Below, piece after piece: positions 1 through 13,659 of a stretch of 64,000 nucleotides of DNA. Each line of letters begins with the position of its first letter. Position 1 is the first letter of the stretch. Below the pieces are notes generated by a model that had not been told where the DNA came from, searched no databases, and worked only from the letters and a program-made list of their open reading frames with translations. The stretch is taken from positions 62,001-126,000 of the forward strand of contig NIVC01000440.1 of NCBI GenBank assembly GCA_002269645.1, written 5' to 3'. The stretch comes from Macrostomum lignano. Lineage: Eukaryota. The position numbers and the translations under genes are program-made.

Positions 1-1001
1 GGCCTGCCCTGACAGCGAAATGGCGCCTGCTCCTGCCAGTCTCCTCCACCAAGATGCTGACCGCTTTGCGCAGAAACGCCAGGAAAGTCTTGGTACCTCC
101 GTGCTGGCGGTAGACGATCCACGAGTTACGAACCAGAAGCAGCAGCAGGTAAAACGCGAGTTTCTGAAACCAGCGCTGCGTTTTCCGGCTGGCCAGGTAG
201 GGGTTCGCTGCCGAATCCATACGGTCCACGCCGCCCATACTCTTCGAGTAGGTGACCACTGTCACTGGCTTCGCAATCACCTGCTGCTCGCCTCCCCGAC
301 GGACTCGTGGCACGTTCACACAGGCAGCCTGCCCAGCAGTGTCCAGGAGATACACGGTCTTTGTTCCGCTGCTCTTCCTGTCCGCTGGATCTTGGCCAAG
401 GGCCCTTCCTGGACATCCGTGCAGTCGTAGAAACGAAGGCAGGAAAGCAGCTGCTTGAACCTATCTCTCGAGAGGGCATTGGGCATGGACAGAAAGGAGC
501 AATGGAAAACAGGGTCCTGGCTCCAGTAGCTGCTGATCTCCGGCTTTTTGTCCAGGCCCATCAACAGAACAGCTTCCTCACCTCATCATCTGTACAATCT
601 CTCCAGTTCTTTACCAGCTTCGGCAACTGCTCTTCGTCAGCACACTCCTCGAATATCTTCCACGCCCTACGATTCGTCCAGGTTTTCACGCTTGCAATGA
701 TTCCATCAGTGAGGTAGAGACGCAGAAACTCCTCTTCGTTTCCATCAGCTGAAGCTTGAGGCCTCCAATCTGGGTGAACCCCTGGTGTTCCCAGAAACTC
801 GGCTTCATTCGGCACAGCATCCATTCCTGTCTGAACAAAGTGCCACTCTGGTACATCACCAACTTCCTCTGTCTGCATGCCTTCTTCTTCTTCTTCTTAT
901 TCTTCGCCTTCTTCCTCCATCAACTCGTCCTCGATTCTATCTAGCGACTCCAGCGAGTCGTCATCAGTGAAAATGTCTGCGTATTCGTTTTCAGATTCCA
1001 T
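1..1001 (-). mobile_element. Degenerate, internally deleted piggyBac-family (PGBD-like, DDE_Tnp_1_7) transposase; runs off the left edge
   Basis: Minus-strand ATG at 1001 (MESENEYADIF, acidic N-terminus); in-frame TAA at 897-899; then FLRLYLTD...WTN...WRDCTDDEV; frameshift near 562 into MGLDKKPEISSYWS...SRDRFKQLLSCLRFYD; then a jump near 385 to DRK..KTVYLLDT...YSKSMGGVDRMD...YLASRKTQRWFQKLAFY, typical piggyBac motifs. Confidence 0.85.
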
Positions 1002-1373
1002 GGCAATAACAACGCGAGTAAGCGCAGCAGCCAGTGAGACAGTAAATATATAGTTAGAGTGAAAGTGCAGGAAAAATAAGAGAGGCTATTTAATTGTAAT
1101 TGGACAGGGCCCTAAACGAATATATTTAAAAGACATTAAACTAGGGAGGGGGAGTGCAGATAATAAAAAAGGGGATGGAACTCGCGACTAAAAGAGGCGA
1201 GGTTGAAGAGCCAATCAGAAGGCAGCGAGGGAAACAGATAAAAATAACAAGACTGAACTGGACAAAGAGGGAAAAAACAGTAAACAGAGACAAGTGCAGA
1301 TAAAATTAAGAAATGACTAAGACAGTCGCGACAGAGAGAAACCGGCGGGAAAGGGGGTGCTGCAGCAGCAACT

Positions 1374-2314
1374 TTAGCGACTGTTCAATAGTCTATGACC
1401 CGATTTCGGGACAGCCGTCGGCAACAGGGGTGATGCTAAACGTAGCGGACGAGCTGGCAGAGATTCTCGGGCCTGAAAACGTCGGAGCCTGTCCTGAGTA
1501 AAGGCGAGGCATTCACAGATGAAGTGCTTCGAATTCTCGACACTAGAGAGGCAGAGAGGGTATTCCTTGCTACGGATTTTTCCCTGGAGGTGGCGATGCC
1601 TGGCAAAACAGCCATGACCCGAGAGGGCCATGGTCACCGCCCTGATGTCCCTGCGGTTGAGTCCAAGCAGGGCGGAGGAAGGACAGGGGACCGCCGCGCG
1701 GCATTGCCGGCAGTCGGGGGCGTTAGCCAACCTCCGTGTGCTTTGAAGCCACCCACTGGTTGATCCGAGTGGTGACAACGGCGGTGGGTGTGGGGGCCAC
1801 GGGCAGGGGACCAGTAAAAGAACCGGTCGAGCCAGCCTTGGCCAGGCGATCGGCCAACTCGTTGCCGGGGTGGCCCGAGCGCCCGAGGATCCACCTTAGT
1901 GACACCTTGTTAGAGGCGCCTAAGCGGTTGAGCTGCCCGATGCAATCGAGGACTGTACGCGAGCAGGTGGTGGTGCGCGCAAGAGCGTCGATCGCCGCTT
2001 GACTGTCCGAGTGGAGGGTAATCTCCTTCCCCCAGACGCGCCGATTGTACAGCTCCATGGTACTTCGCGATGGCGAGAAATTCGTTCTGGAAAACGGTGG
2101 AGCAGGTGCCGGTGTGCTGGGAGAAGGTCACCTCGGTTCTCCCTCCAGACACGATGAAGTAGCCGTAGTCAGATGCGGAGTAGATTTGGGACCCGTCAGT
2201 GAAGCAGTGGATTTCACGTGGTTTCCAATTGTTCCTTGCTTCATGACGTGTTAGAATGCTGGTGAAGCTTTCAGATCTCGCAGGCTGGGTTCGTCGGTTC
2301 TGCTGCCTATGCAA
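1374..2314 (-). mobile_element. 5'-truncated non-LTR retrotransposon 3' end: RNase H plus degenerate zinc knuckle (R1/I/Loa-like)
   Basis: Frameshifted pieces CFTDGS...VFQNEFLAI / HSDSQAAI...[16 protein letters not shown] (RNase H acidic residues), followed by LSGHG and [18 protein letters not shown] (decayed C-x2-C...H...C). Confidence 0.85.
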
Positions 2315-2850
2315 AAGTCAATCAAATTATTTAAACGATTTCGCACAGAGTTGGTTTCTACTCGTAGTTAAGCTAGTGCATCGCTATTTCCCAAATTCAT
2401 CTAATTTGCCCTTAACCTGCACTACTGGTTTGACTTGGAGACAGATTCTCAGTAGCCTCTTAATATAGACCAATATAAAGCTCTTATTAAAAAGAACTTC
2501 AGCAGTTTATTTTGCTCAATATATCTATATAAATTCGGATTAAAAGAAAAATGAACAGAGAAAAAAAAACAAAATTTAACATCGGAGTTTAAAATAAGTA
2601 ACCGAATTTGCACAAAACCTTTATAAAGCAAAGGTGAAATTCTATGAAAATATAGTATAGCAAAATTACACTGATAAAACCATGTGGACAACAATTAAGC
2701 TTAAAATTAAGAATTATCGACTTTCATAGGCAATTATTTGGTTTGAAATAATCAGAGAGTTGTTTTCATGCGTTCAAAAAGCTGTTAAGATATCTTCACA
2801 AAGCTTACTTCGCTCGATTAATATTTAAACATTTTGAATTGTTTGTCAGT

Positions 2851-3697
2851 TCAAACAAACGGATCGATGCACTCGCACAGGCACTTTTCAACATTGGTGT
2901 AGCTCTCAGTGAGGTCGTTGATTCCGTAGCTGTGCGTGTACCAGATATTCCCTCGATACGACGAATCGCCCATATTTGGCTGGCCAGGGTTCCAGACCTC
3001 AGGCAGGAAGGTGAAGTTGCAGTGCTCCCAAATCCAGGTGCCAGTGCTAAAGCTACCGATTCTGTAGCCGCCAATGAGATAGCCATATCCAATGCTTTCT
3101 TGTGTCTTCAGCCAGTGCATGTATTCAATTTCGGCTCTGTCCAGTCCATCAGCGTACTTGGTCAGTCCGGGCTCTGAGTTGCACTTCTGAGATCCTTCAG
3201 TCCAGGTGCTTGCCGGATAGAACTTGTAGGTCATGCCGTGATTTTCATAGCCGTAGCCGCTTGGGCACAACTGGCCATTGGGCAGGTTCTTCATGTTGCG
3301 AACAAATGCCCAGCCAAAGTCGGTGCAGTTCGGCTTTTTAGGCATGTGAGTGCACGCGTCGAATAGGAACATCTGGCAGCCGAGGCCGTTGCCGCCAGGC
3401 TGACGGAAGCCGCGGCAAGATGGGTCCCGCTCGGTGCAGGCGAACGCGCATTGCATCTCCGTGGCCTTGGCCAATTCGGCCGGTTCAACAATGAGCTCCG
3501 GCTTCAGGCAGAGTCGGATGTACTTTTCCACGAACGTGTTGTCGGGTTGGCTGTACAAGACAGCGAGTGGTAGGCTTGTAATTAGCATCATCAGAATTGA
3601 CAGGCAGATCGATTGAACTGCTGAAAAAATAAAAATAATTATAAAATTAGATTTTAGGCGCCTCACAGTCAAGTTCAAAGCGTAATACTTTCATCAT
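2851..3697 (-). CDS. Probably secreted PAN/apple-like + C-type lectin domain protein (~266 aa)
   Basis: Exons 3697-3667 and 3620-2851 with a 46-nt GTGAG...TTTTCAG intron; hydrophobic N-terminal leader; CAFAC..C.GF..C PAN-like pattern; CPSGY...W...C...IGG...WIW...WNPGQPN...IND...CE lectin fold. Confidence 0.75.
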
Positions 3698-4192
3698 TTT
3701 GGATGTTAAAATTATAATATATATTTATATATATATCTATATATTATGCTCACAGGTAGTTTCCATGATGAAGAGTGCGTCTCAAAACTGCTGCTTTTAG
3801 ATTTCTATTTCACAAAACATATAAGCGTGACTTGGGCTTGCGCAAGCGCGGGACGTTATGAAAATTTTCTAAAGCCTTAGAATATATCCATAAAGATAAA
3901 AAATGAGTTGAAAAGTGCTTGGCCAATAGTAAACGGATAAAATGAATGTCTTTAGGACCAAATTTCCAACCAATGAAAAGCAAGCCCTCAGCAAAGTCTC
4001 AGCCACTGCATGGTTGGCCCTTCCTAATTTAGGCAGTAGTAAATGATTGTATTTTCTGGTTACCATGGGCCGGAAAGCAATCACTTTTTTCGGGTTTCTT
4101 AGTCATCTATTCCAACTCTGATCTAGTCATGCGTTCAATCATCTATCCGATTATCAATAATTTCCCAATTGTCTAATGATACAGTAGTTAAC

Positions 4193-4267
4193 ACAACTAA
4201 CTAACTAACTAACTAACTGACTAACTAACTAACTAATTAACTAACTAACTAACTAACTAACTAACTT

Positions 4268-4306
<39 letters not shown>

Positions 4307-4375
4307 GACTAACAAACAAACAAACAAACTAACTAACTAACTGACTAACTAACTAACAAACAAACAAACTAATTA
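4193..4375. repeat. (CTAA)n / (CAAA)n microsatellite
   Basis: Directly visible 4-bp repeat. Confidence 0.95.
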
Positions 4376-5784
4376 ATTAAGTAACTGTTCGTCACACTCC
4401 GACCCCTGCGGCCGGCGAGTGCGCCATCGTGTCGCGACTCCGCTGCCAGCAGTTGCGCGGTTTCTACCACCCAGACAGCCAGCTGTGCTCGCAGGTTTAA
4501 CTGTCTGGTCGACGCCATCAGCATGCTCGGCTTTTCCAATCCTCAGCAGCCGAATCAGTCCCGGCCCATAGATAAGATAATAGAACACCCCAGTATGTTC
4601 AGTTGGGAAGAAGGAACGACAATAGCCGAGGTGGCCCACAGCGAAGCAACTCCAACAGGCAGCAACTCCGCAGAGTCGCAGAGGCAACAGAAGCACAGAA
4701 GAAACGCAACAGGTAACACCAGAACACCAGACGGATCTCGCCTCTTTCCTTAGTCGCGAACTCCACCCCTCCTTTTATTATCTGCACTCGCACCCCCCAT
4801 CTACTCAAGTTGACTTATAAATATACCCGTTTGGGTCCGGTGCACCACTGTTCAATTTAACAAATTTAAATTTAAATAGTCTCTTTTCTTTATAAACACG
4901 CTTATAATTCTTTTTTGACTCTGCTATACGAGTATAACAATCCTGTCCCGCTTCTAATATTGTTTTCTGTTTCCTATTGATAAAGCAGATATAGCAGATA
5001 GGGGGAGCAGGGGGATGATACCTCGTTAGGGGCTTATAAAGAGTTGAAGCCTAAGTGCAGTACCCAGTTAGTGAGGCAAGGCTAGAGTAAATTCATTAAG
5101 CGGGCAAAAAATGAGGCACCCAAAACAATACCGTAGAATCCAGCAAGCAAGCGAGGCGGGAAATTGACCGAAGCAGTTGACAGGCGGACGCGGCCGGCCG
5201 GCCGGTGGAATATTAAATGAGCCCGGCACGGAGGCCGCTCCTGGGAAGGGGCAGCGGACGCACCCAGGACAGAAGGCCAACCCCCAGGGCGCGTAGCAAC
5301 CGAGAGGTGGACGCGCGGACCAGCCCGCACAAGAGGACAGCATAAGAACGTAGGACTGACCCCCCCCCCAATACTCTAATTCAACCAACTAATTCAGGCC
5401 AGAATCTGGTGGAACGCAACCGCTTAACCTTCGCCCCTGTAGCAACATGCGTGCTTATCGCTGATTCTATTGGATGCATGTTTTGTAAACCACGTGATGT
5501 TCCACCCCCATCAGCGGCACGGGATGAAATTGTGGGGCTTTATTAAATGGATGAACTTTGAGCCCAGAGCGGCACTTCTCTTCCTCCACGCTTTTTAGAG
5601 AATCCTATCTCTCAGCAATCGCTTATGCATTGAATTTTGCAACTTTCTTTGAGTTTGAGTTAAACTACAGAAAATATAGCCAACCGCAATCTCGTTTGTG
5701 AGGCTCTCTCACTCTCCAGGGCACTGCAGAATCCTCAGGAACAAGTAGCTAAGCATAAATGAGAGGGAAAAGAGAGTCCTACAC

Positions 5785-6203
5785 TGGGGATTGTTTCTTT
5801 GGGGTTTGGGATCTGGGGATTGTTTCTTTGGGATTTCGGATCTGGGGATTGTTTCTTTGGGATTTCGGATCTGGGGATTGTTTCTTTGGGATTCGGAATC
5901 TGGGGATTGTTTCTTTGGGATTCGGGATCTGGGGATTGTTTCCTTGATATTTGGAATTAGGGGATTGTTTCTTTGGGATTCGGGATCTGGGGATTGTTTC
6001 CTTGATATTTGGAATTAGGGGATTGTTTCTTTGGGATTCGGGATCTGGGGATTGTTTCTTTGGGATTCGAGATCTGGGGATTGTTTCTTTGGGATTTGGG
6101 ATCTGGGGATTGTTTCTTTCGGATTTGTGATCTGGGGATTGTTTCTTTGGGATTTGGGATCTGGGGATTGTTTCTTTGGGATTTGGGATCTGGGGATTGT
6201 TTC
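5785..6203. repeat. 29-bp minisatellite (TCTGGGGATTGTTTCTTTGGGATTTCGGA)
   Basis: Period 29 read from tgtttc at 5821 and 5850; explains the repetitive ORFs here. Confidence 0.95.
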
Positions 6204-6919
6204 ATTGTTAATTATTACCACAATTTTAGGGACCAATTCTTCTCTGCGCTGCTGCTTGCCAATTGGAATAACCTCGCCAGCCAACCAATGATAAGGTTCG
6301 CTGCGTCGATCGATCCACCTCAGTCGGCAAAGCTCAAGCGTTTCCCCACACTATAGAAATGATATCATTCATTTCCACTAGTTAATCTCACTCAATAGAA
6401 GTTGTGCCGAAGAGCTATCAAGCGTGTTGTACTCGTCACGTCAATGAAAGAACATTTGTTTGGAATTTCCCTGGGTTGGGACGTGGCTACACTGAGATAC
6501 ATGTACATGTACAATTAATGCATCTAGGAATGCGAGCTGATGCGGCAAATTATAGTTTAGAATGTTTTGTTCAGAATAAAAAGCAATAGCGTTACAAAAT
6601 AGCAATGCAGGCACTGGGATGGGACACGGATCGCTCTGAATTTCTGCAGCAGTAAGCAGAGACAATTGAGCTCAGTGGTGCCTGACCCGCTTTTATCATC
6701 TGCCTTAGTCTGCAACAAAACCATGCGAGACATTTCCATTGACACAGAAACACGGCATACAGAATCTATTCTTCTTTTCACTTTACATTTCCCATGTGCC
6801 ATAAGACGCAGAAATATGGCTAACTAAATGCAATGCAAGCTAATTGCAAATTCAGTAAATTGGACAAAGATTACCCTTAAAACTATTTTTAAAAATGATG
6901 AGGACGCACTTTTTTCCAA

Positions 6920-6954
6920 ATCCCGCGCTAGCACATGGGCTCTAAACTTACTAG
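6920..6954 (+). mobile_element. Possible Helitron 3' terminus (decayed hairpin followed by CTAG)
   Basis: CCCGCGCTAGCACATGGG imperfect hairpin, about 12 nt, then CTAG; no 5' end identified. Confidence 0.3.
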
Positions 6955-7211
6955 CCTACTAACAGTGGGCAATGGGCATTTTTATCCTTTTTCTACGAAT
7001 TGTCATAGAATCTATAATAGATATAATGTTTGGTCATACTAGTAGTCATAATAACATAGGCGCAGCTTTTTGGGTCATAAATCATTGCTTTCGAAGCTGG
7101 TCTGACAGCCACCTGCGCCTCACTCAGTGTTGAGGCGGGCGCCAGATGGTCTGAGGGGATGCGAATGATAGCTTTTTTTTCATCATTTTTGACAGGCCAT
7201 CAGATTTATGA

Positions 7212-7552
<341 letters not shown>

Positions 7553-10500
7553 TTACATTTTTATCCTTTAAATTAGTTGGCTTTGCTAATTTTGGCATTG
7601 CAATGATTAAAATGTTTCTCCAAATCAAACTTGTGTACTTTAATTTAGCTAAAGCCATCTGCACTCGCAACTTTTAAATTGGTTAAACTTAATTGTTTCA
7701 AAATGGCGCCTTTCTCTTCGCCGATGGATGTGCGAGTTTTGCTACTAGCAGTAGCGCTGTTAAACTTTAGCAATCAATTTATTGAATAGAACTCCAATCT
7801 TTTTATATAATTATTTTGTAAAATTTTATTCTGTAATCTTGTACGTTTTATAAAAAATTTTCTAATTGTGCCCAAAGCCAACGCAAATTATGCTTATGAC
7901 GCATTCTTCAGACACTTTCTAAAATTAATTTGCTCACTAATGGTATATTTTTGCAATTTGTCCCACGCGTGTTTAAATAAACGGTCAAACTGTGCCTTTG
8001 ACTTAAGCACGGCTTGATATTTTATTGTGATTAAATTTGAATATATTACGGCTTCATTGTTAAAACTTATTTAATTACTGAGATCCACTGTGTACATTTT
8101 TGATTATTAAATCGATGCTATGGAGACAATAATTATTGAGGCTGGTAAGGCAGGAATTTACAGTGAAAGAATGGGGCCGCTGTGGGTCCTGCTCAAGCTC
8201 CAAAAATGGCTGCAGCATTTCCATGTGTGGTGTGTGTGCAGCCTACACACACAGTTACTATATGAAGCAATTGAATGCTCACACAGCAGTGCCGCAATTA
8301 GCGGCATCTTGAATGCAATAGCCGCGTCTCACCTGTGCAATATGAAGTCGTGCAAGGCATTCATAAAGTTTTTTTGGCTGTGCAATCGGTGCAACTGGTC
8401 AGCAGGTGTAGCAGTGCAAGCACCTGTGCAGATCGCAGCGGACCACAGGTTGTTGCCGCAACAGCTCATTTTTGCCAGAGATTTTCCTGCATCAATATCC
8501 CTGGTTTTTTGGACGCTGGGGTTCGATCATTTGGCCATCAGGCAAAAATAAATCAGTGGATCTGATAGCGATAATCTGCTTATATGGTGAAATGTGTAAT
8601 TCCAGCTCCATTTTTCATCACATATACCTTGGAAGTTTGGAGCTCGAAAACTATACTAAATTTACTAAACTATAACTACATCAGCTCAGCAACAGAATTC
8701 TTGAGTCATATGCAATAATGCTATAATGGTCAATAGCAATAATAATGAATGAATTGATTGATTGCATAACACTGAACTAAGTGATCCAGTAAGGAAAAAA
8801 TACAATATCCCCCAATGCTAGTTGTGCTCTTATGTAATAATTTCCAAGCTTATTCTTTCACTAATACTAACTGATCTCCTCAGTTAGCAAACAGATGTTA
8901 GTAAACAGACAGCATAGAAAGTCTTGGATACTGGAGACTGCAGAGAATGAGACAAACACTTGAAACACTGCTGACTTATAGCAACCATATTATTGCATGT
9001 AGCTAATTATATCGCAGTGAAGTTGCTACGCGATAATATTGAACAGAAAAAATGTAGTTTGCTCTGTTTGTTATAAGTGAGTTTTTACATGTGTGTCATA
9101 AAGTGAGGCAGAACAAGCATGCTGGTTTAAACCAACCACTTTTTCTATATAGTGATCACTATTGCGATTGTCTCTTGCGATAAAATTTGGGGTTGCGCAA
9201 CTTATTCTATTCGAGCGTATTTATGCAAGCAATAAATCATTGAGTCGCAAACTGACTGCCGAAACGATATGGAATCAGATAGAAAAAAACCAACAAGATA
9301 ATGCACAAAGCGTAACACGGGGGAAGAGATGAGGGTTCGAGATGAGCTATTCTGGCCATTATAATCATAAACATGCAATTATCGACTATAACAGTCTGAA
9401 ACTTGCTTGCATGGAGTCTTCCATTATGCCCTCGAATAAAAGTAGAACAATGAAATTAAAATGCGTAATAACCATAAGTCTGGGTCTAAGTTTTTGTCCG
9501 CTTAAAGCGACTGTAAGTGCAAAAATTGCTATTCGGGTTTTCATTTCACTGCATGACAGCTAGTGTATAGGTGTGCTATAGGTGTACATCCGAGGAGAAT
9601 AAGAATGGAATTGACACGTAAGAAAACCCAGTTGTTGCGTCCTGCCTCTTGGTAGGGATCGGGGCCCGGCGGCTGAAAGATTGAAGAATATATATTTTTC
9701 AGGTCTTTGAAAGCTAAATTTATCACATCTTCCCTGCCTAGACATAATTTGGTGCATATACCCTCTAGATTCCAATCTCCAAGCCCCACCCTCTACTCGA
9801 CCCTCTCCCTCTACTGCATCCTCAAACCCCACCCTCTAATAAACCTCCAGCCCTACCCTCTGCGCGAAGACCATGCACGCAGCCTCACGAGTTCAACCCC
9901 TGAATTTTTAATCCGTCTTCTAGTTACAATAAAGCCTGCAATCTGAAATATTGTTTTGAAATATGCATGTCTCTACTATCTGTGTCTATTGCCAGTTTAT
10001 AATGTACAAGCTTAATTATAACTCGAGCGTATTAGGCTTAATTAGGCTACCATTCAAAAGCTACCCTAAACTGGATAGTTTGGCAAATGAGGTAGTAGGT
10101 TGAGGTGGGGGGAATTACATGTAATTGATGAGAGAGCTCGACCCCTTTAATTTACCCTACTACCGTACCCCCCTCCCTCAAAACCATGATATAAAAGAGT
10201 TATTGGCCGTGGATCTAGCAGCTTCTATTTGTTCTCAGATTAAGTGTATAAAACGAATAAAAGACGACTAATTATAGTAGCTACTTCTGATTATAGTTAT
10301 GATGAACTTAAGAAGTCTGAAATATTACGATTAGGAGGATACAGGCAAATTTTGCGACAAACAAATTCGGCGACAGAAATTTAACACGGACAAAATCTGT
10401 GAATTTGCTTAATTGTAAAGCAAGTTAAATGTAAGGTTTTTTTAAATTCGCTTTGCATTTCCTTTTCCTTGGAAGATCCGAACCGATTCTGGCTCTGGAA

Positions 10501-11764
10501 TTGGTAATGTGAAAAGCCTAATAGAAAAATTGCGTTCGATCGAATTAATTGGACATCGCGCGTCTTCGAAAATGAACGAACATTTCTTGGAAAGAGAGAA
10601 TAAATAACAAGAAATCATGAATCATAAGAATGAATAATATGGTGATTGACGAACAAGGACAACTTAAGTAGACGTAGACTTGAGTAGGATTAAATAGGCC
10701 TAGTCCTTGATAGGAATCTCTGTCGCCGAAATGGTCAGCACCCAAATATTAGAGCCTATGGAGCCTAGAGGTAGGCCTAGGTAGGCCTTGGATATCTCGT
10801 TTTGAATCTCATCATATCATATAATCTAATTATCCTCTTGAATGTCATCTTGAACATAATCTTACTATAGGCCCTATGTTGCTACCACTTGTAAAAATAT
10901 AATATTCTAACCATATTCCATAGGCCTATTGCCCAGGCCATAGGCATAGCACTGCTAGCTAGATCCATACCTATTAGGGCCTAGGCCTAGCAAATGGGTT
11001 CTGGTGCTGGGACTCTAGTCTTCAAATATTCTAGTCTTCTAGTCTCATGTAAAATGTCATTTTTACATGCAATATAACATTATATTATTAATTATTTGGT
11101 TTAGTTTAGTATATAGTATAATGTCTAATGTCAATACAGTAATGTTAAGCCTAAGGCTAAGCCAAGGCCTCTTTCGGCCTAGTGAGTATGAGACTTTAAA
11201 AGTTATTTTTAGGCCTAGGCCTTTTTTCTAAATTCTATATTGTCATTTTGATAATTAATTCTCATTAGATTATAAAGTAAGGGTCTAAGGCTAAGCCTAC
11301 CATTTGCTAGAGCTAAAGGCAAGGCTAAATAAAATAGGCCTAATACTAATACCTCATTTCCTTTTTTAAAAATGGTCAAATAATGAATCGATTATTTTTA
11401 TTATAAAACTTTTTATATCTAAAGCCTGATTTAAAAGAATGTTCAATTTAAAATTTTTTATAAGCCAACAAGCTGTTGAAATCCACGGATTTTGAACCCA
11501 GGGAATTCCAATCCCCAGAACTACTTTTGCATGTATTCTGAAATCAAAGGCCATACACAAACAAAAACTTGTTAATAGTTAGTAGGATAGAGGTAGACAT
11601 AAAATGAAGCACATTTGCATAAAATTAGGATTTGAGGCAAACATTAATATTGTTGGCTGGGGTACTGCGCAGAATGTCAGGCAATATCTGTCTGACTCTA
11701 AAACATGTATGGGCAAACTCTGGCCTCTCCCTGCCTCTCCCTATGTCCCTTGGATCCTTTAAAA

Positions 11765-12323
11765 TTTCTATCATCTCTTCTGTTTCCTCTCTTCTCTCTC
11801 GTCCCTCGTTTCTCCTCTCTCATCTCTCCTTTCTTCTCTCATATCTTCCCTCATCTCTCTTCTCTTTCATTTCTCTTCTCTTTCATCTCTCTTATCTCAT
11901 CTCTTGTCTCTTCTTTTCTCTCTCCTCTCCTCTCTCCTCTCTACTCTTTCATTTCTCCTTCCTCTCCTCTCTCCTCTCTCCCATCTTTTCTCGTATCTTC
12001 CCTCATCTCTCTTCTCTTTCATATCTCTTATCTCATCTCTTCCCTCTTCTTTTCTCTCTCCTCTCCTCTCTCCTCTCTCCCCCTCTTCTCTTGTCTCTTC
12101 CTTCTCTCTATTCTCTTCTCTCTTCTTTTAACTGTCTCCTCTACTCTCTCATCTCTCCTCTCTACTCGTTCCTCTCTTTCTCCTCTCATCTCTTCTTTCC
12201 TCTCTCTTCTCTCCCCTCTTCTCTCGTCTCTTCTCTCACCTCTTTTCTCTCTCGCCTTTGCTCTCTCATCTTTCCTTTCTCTTCTTTTATCTTTTCTCTC
12301 TTATCTCTTCTCATTTCTCTCTG

Positions 12324-12359
<36 letters not shown>

Positions 12360-13015
12360 TCTGTCTTTCTCTCTTATCTCTCCTCCTCTCTCTACTCTCT
12401 CCCCTCTCCATTCTCTTTCCTCTTTCCTCACTCACTTCTCTACATTTGTCTCTCCTCTCTCCTCTCGTCTCTGTAATCTCTTATCTCTCCTCTGTTCTCA
12501 ATAATCACTTCAAAGGTACCATCTTTCCTATCTTTCATCTGCTCACTCTCATCTCTGCTCTCTCATCCCCCTCTTTAATCTGGCATCTCTGTCTTATATG
12601 TTCTTTCACCTCTCTCCTTTGTAATCTTTTCTTTCCCCTCTTTTGACTCCTCACTTTCCTTTCTCCTTACTTTTTTCTCTTCTCTTCTTTTTTCTATACT
12701 CTCTCTCCCTCTCTTCTCTCTCTCGAGTCTCCTCTCTCCTTTATCTCTCATCTCTCCTTCCACCTCTCTTATCTCTACAACCTTAGAGATGTAGAGATGT
12801 ATCTTTATCTTTTCTTTCTTCCCTTTACTCTCTGCTCTCCTCTCTGCTGTCTCCTCTCATCTGCAGCTCTCTGCTCTCATCTCTATTCTCTCCTCTCACT
12901 TTTCCTCTCTCCCCTCTTCTCCCCTTTTTTCATTGTCCCCTCATCTCTCCTATCATCTTTTATTTTTTCTTTTATCCCCTCTGTCGCTTCTCCTCTCTTC
13001 GAATTGTCGATTCCT
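11765..13015. repeat. CT-rich low-complexity tract
   Basis: Almost purely pyrimidine on the + strand; the Leu/Ser/Phe ORFs are artefacts. Confidence 0.95.
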
Positions 13016-13659
13016 TCTTCTTTCCACTCTCATCTGCCCCTCAGCCATGAGCTGGATTCTTTATCTGGCCACTCACATGGTTGTTCTCATGCTTTGATCA
13101 CATCATCTTTCTTGCCAATTCGCAGCCCTGAAAGGAATTTGTGTATCTTCAGCTCCACTGCAGTCTGCATCAGTCTAACAACCAAGGAAATACGCATTTC
13201 TTAGGAGGCCATTTAAAATTTACACAGTACCTTTAACAGAAACCTAAAATTTCCATGGTGTGCCTAATTTAGTTAGTAGGGTTGTATTGCATTGCATCGC
13301 ATCGCCTTTTCATAAATCTTTCGCTTTTACAAACCATGCTGGATTCCCTCGATTTGCCAATTGCCATCCACTGTTAAACTGCTGCAAAGTTTGCCAATAC
13401 AGAGGGGAGGGCAGTGGTTAGAATTTCTCACTAAACTGTTATGGCTAAATGTAGCCTCTCCACTCTCAGGGTGCAGAGAAGGCTATAAAGTTATTCCAAA
13501 AGTTTAAGGCTCTAAAGTTATTCCAAAACACTGTACATTTGCTATGTACATTCAGTCCTATCGCCTGACCCTTCGTCTAGCTCTGGGGGAATGAGTGAGT
13601 GAGTGGCACAAACAACAGAAAAAGCAGACAAACTTCTCATGCTTACAGTTTCTTTTTCA

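Noticed and set aside
4193-4375. Telomere-like repeat
   Set aside because: The unit is (CTAA)n, not (CCCTAA)n; no TTAGGG arrays were seen in the window.
8120-8675. Cys-rich overlapping ORFs as a possible small secreted-protein gene
   Set aside because: No consistent frame, splice structure or recognisable domain.
11632-13204. Long hydrophobic Leu/Ser/Phe ORFs as membrane proteins
   Set aside because: Artefacts of the CT-rich low-complexity tract; the same applies to 48180-48658 and 50376-51268.
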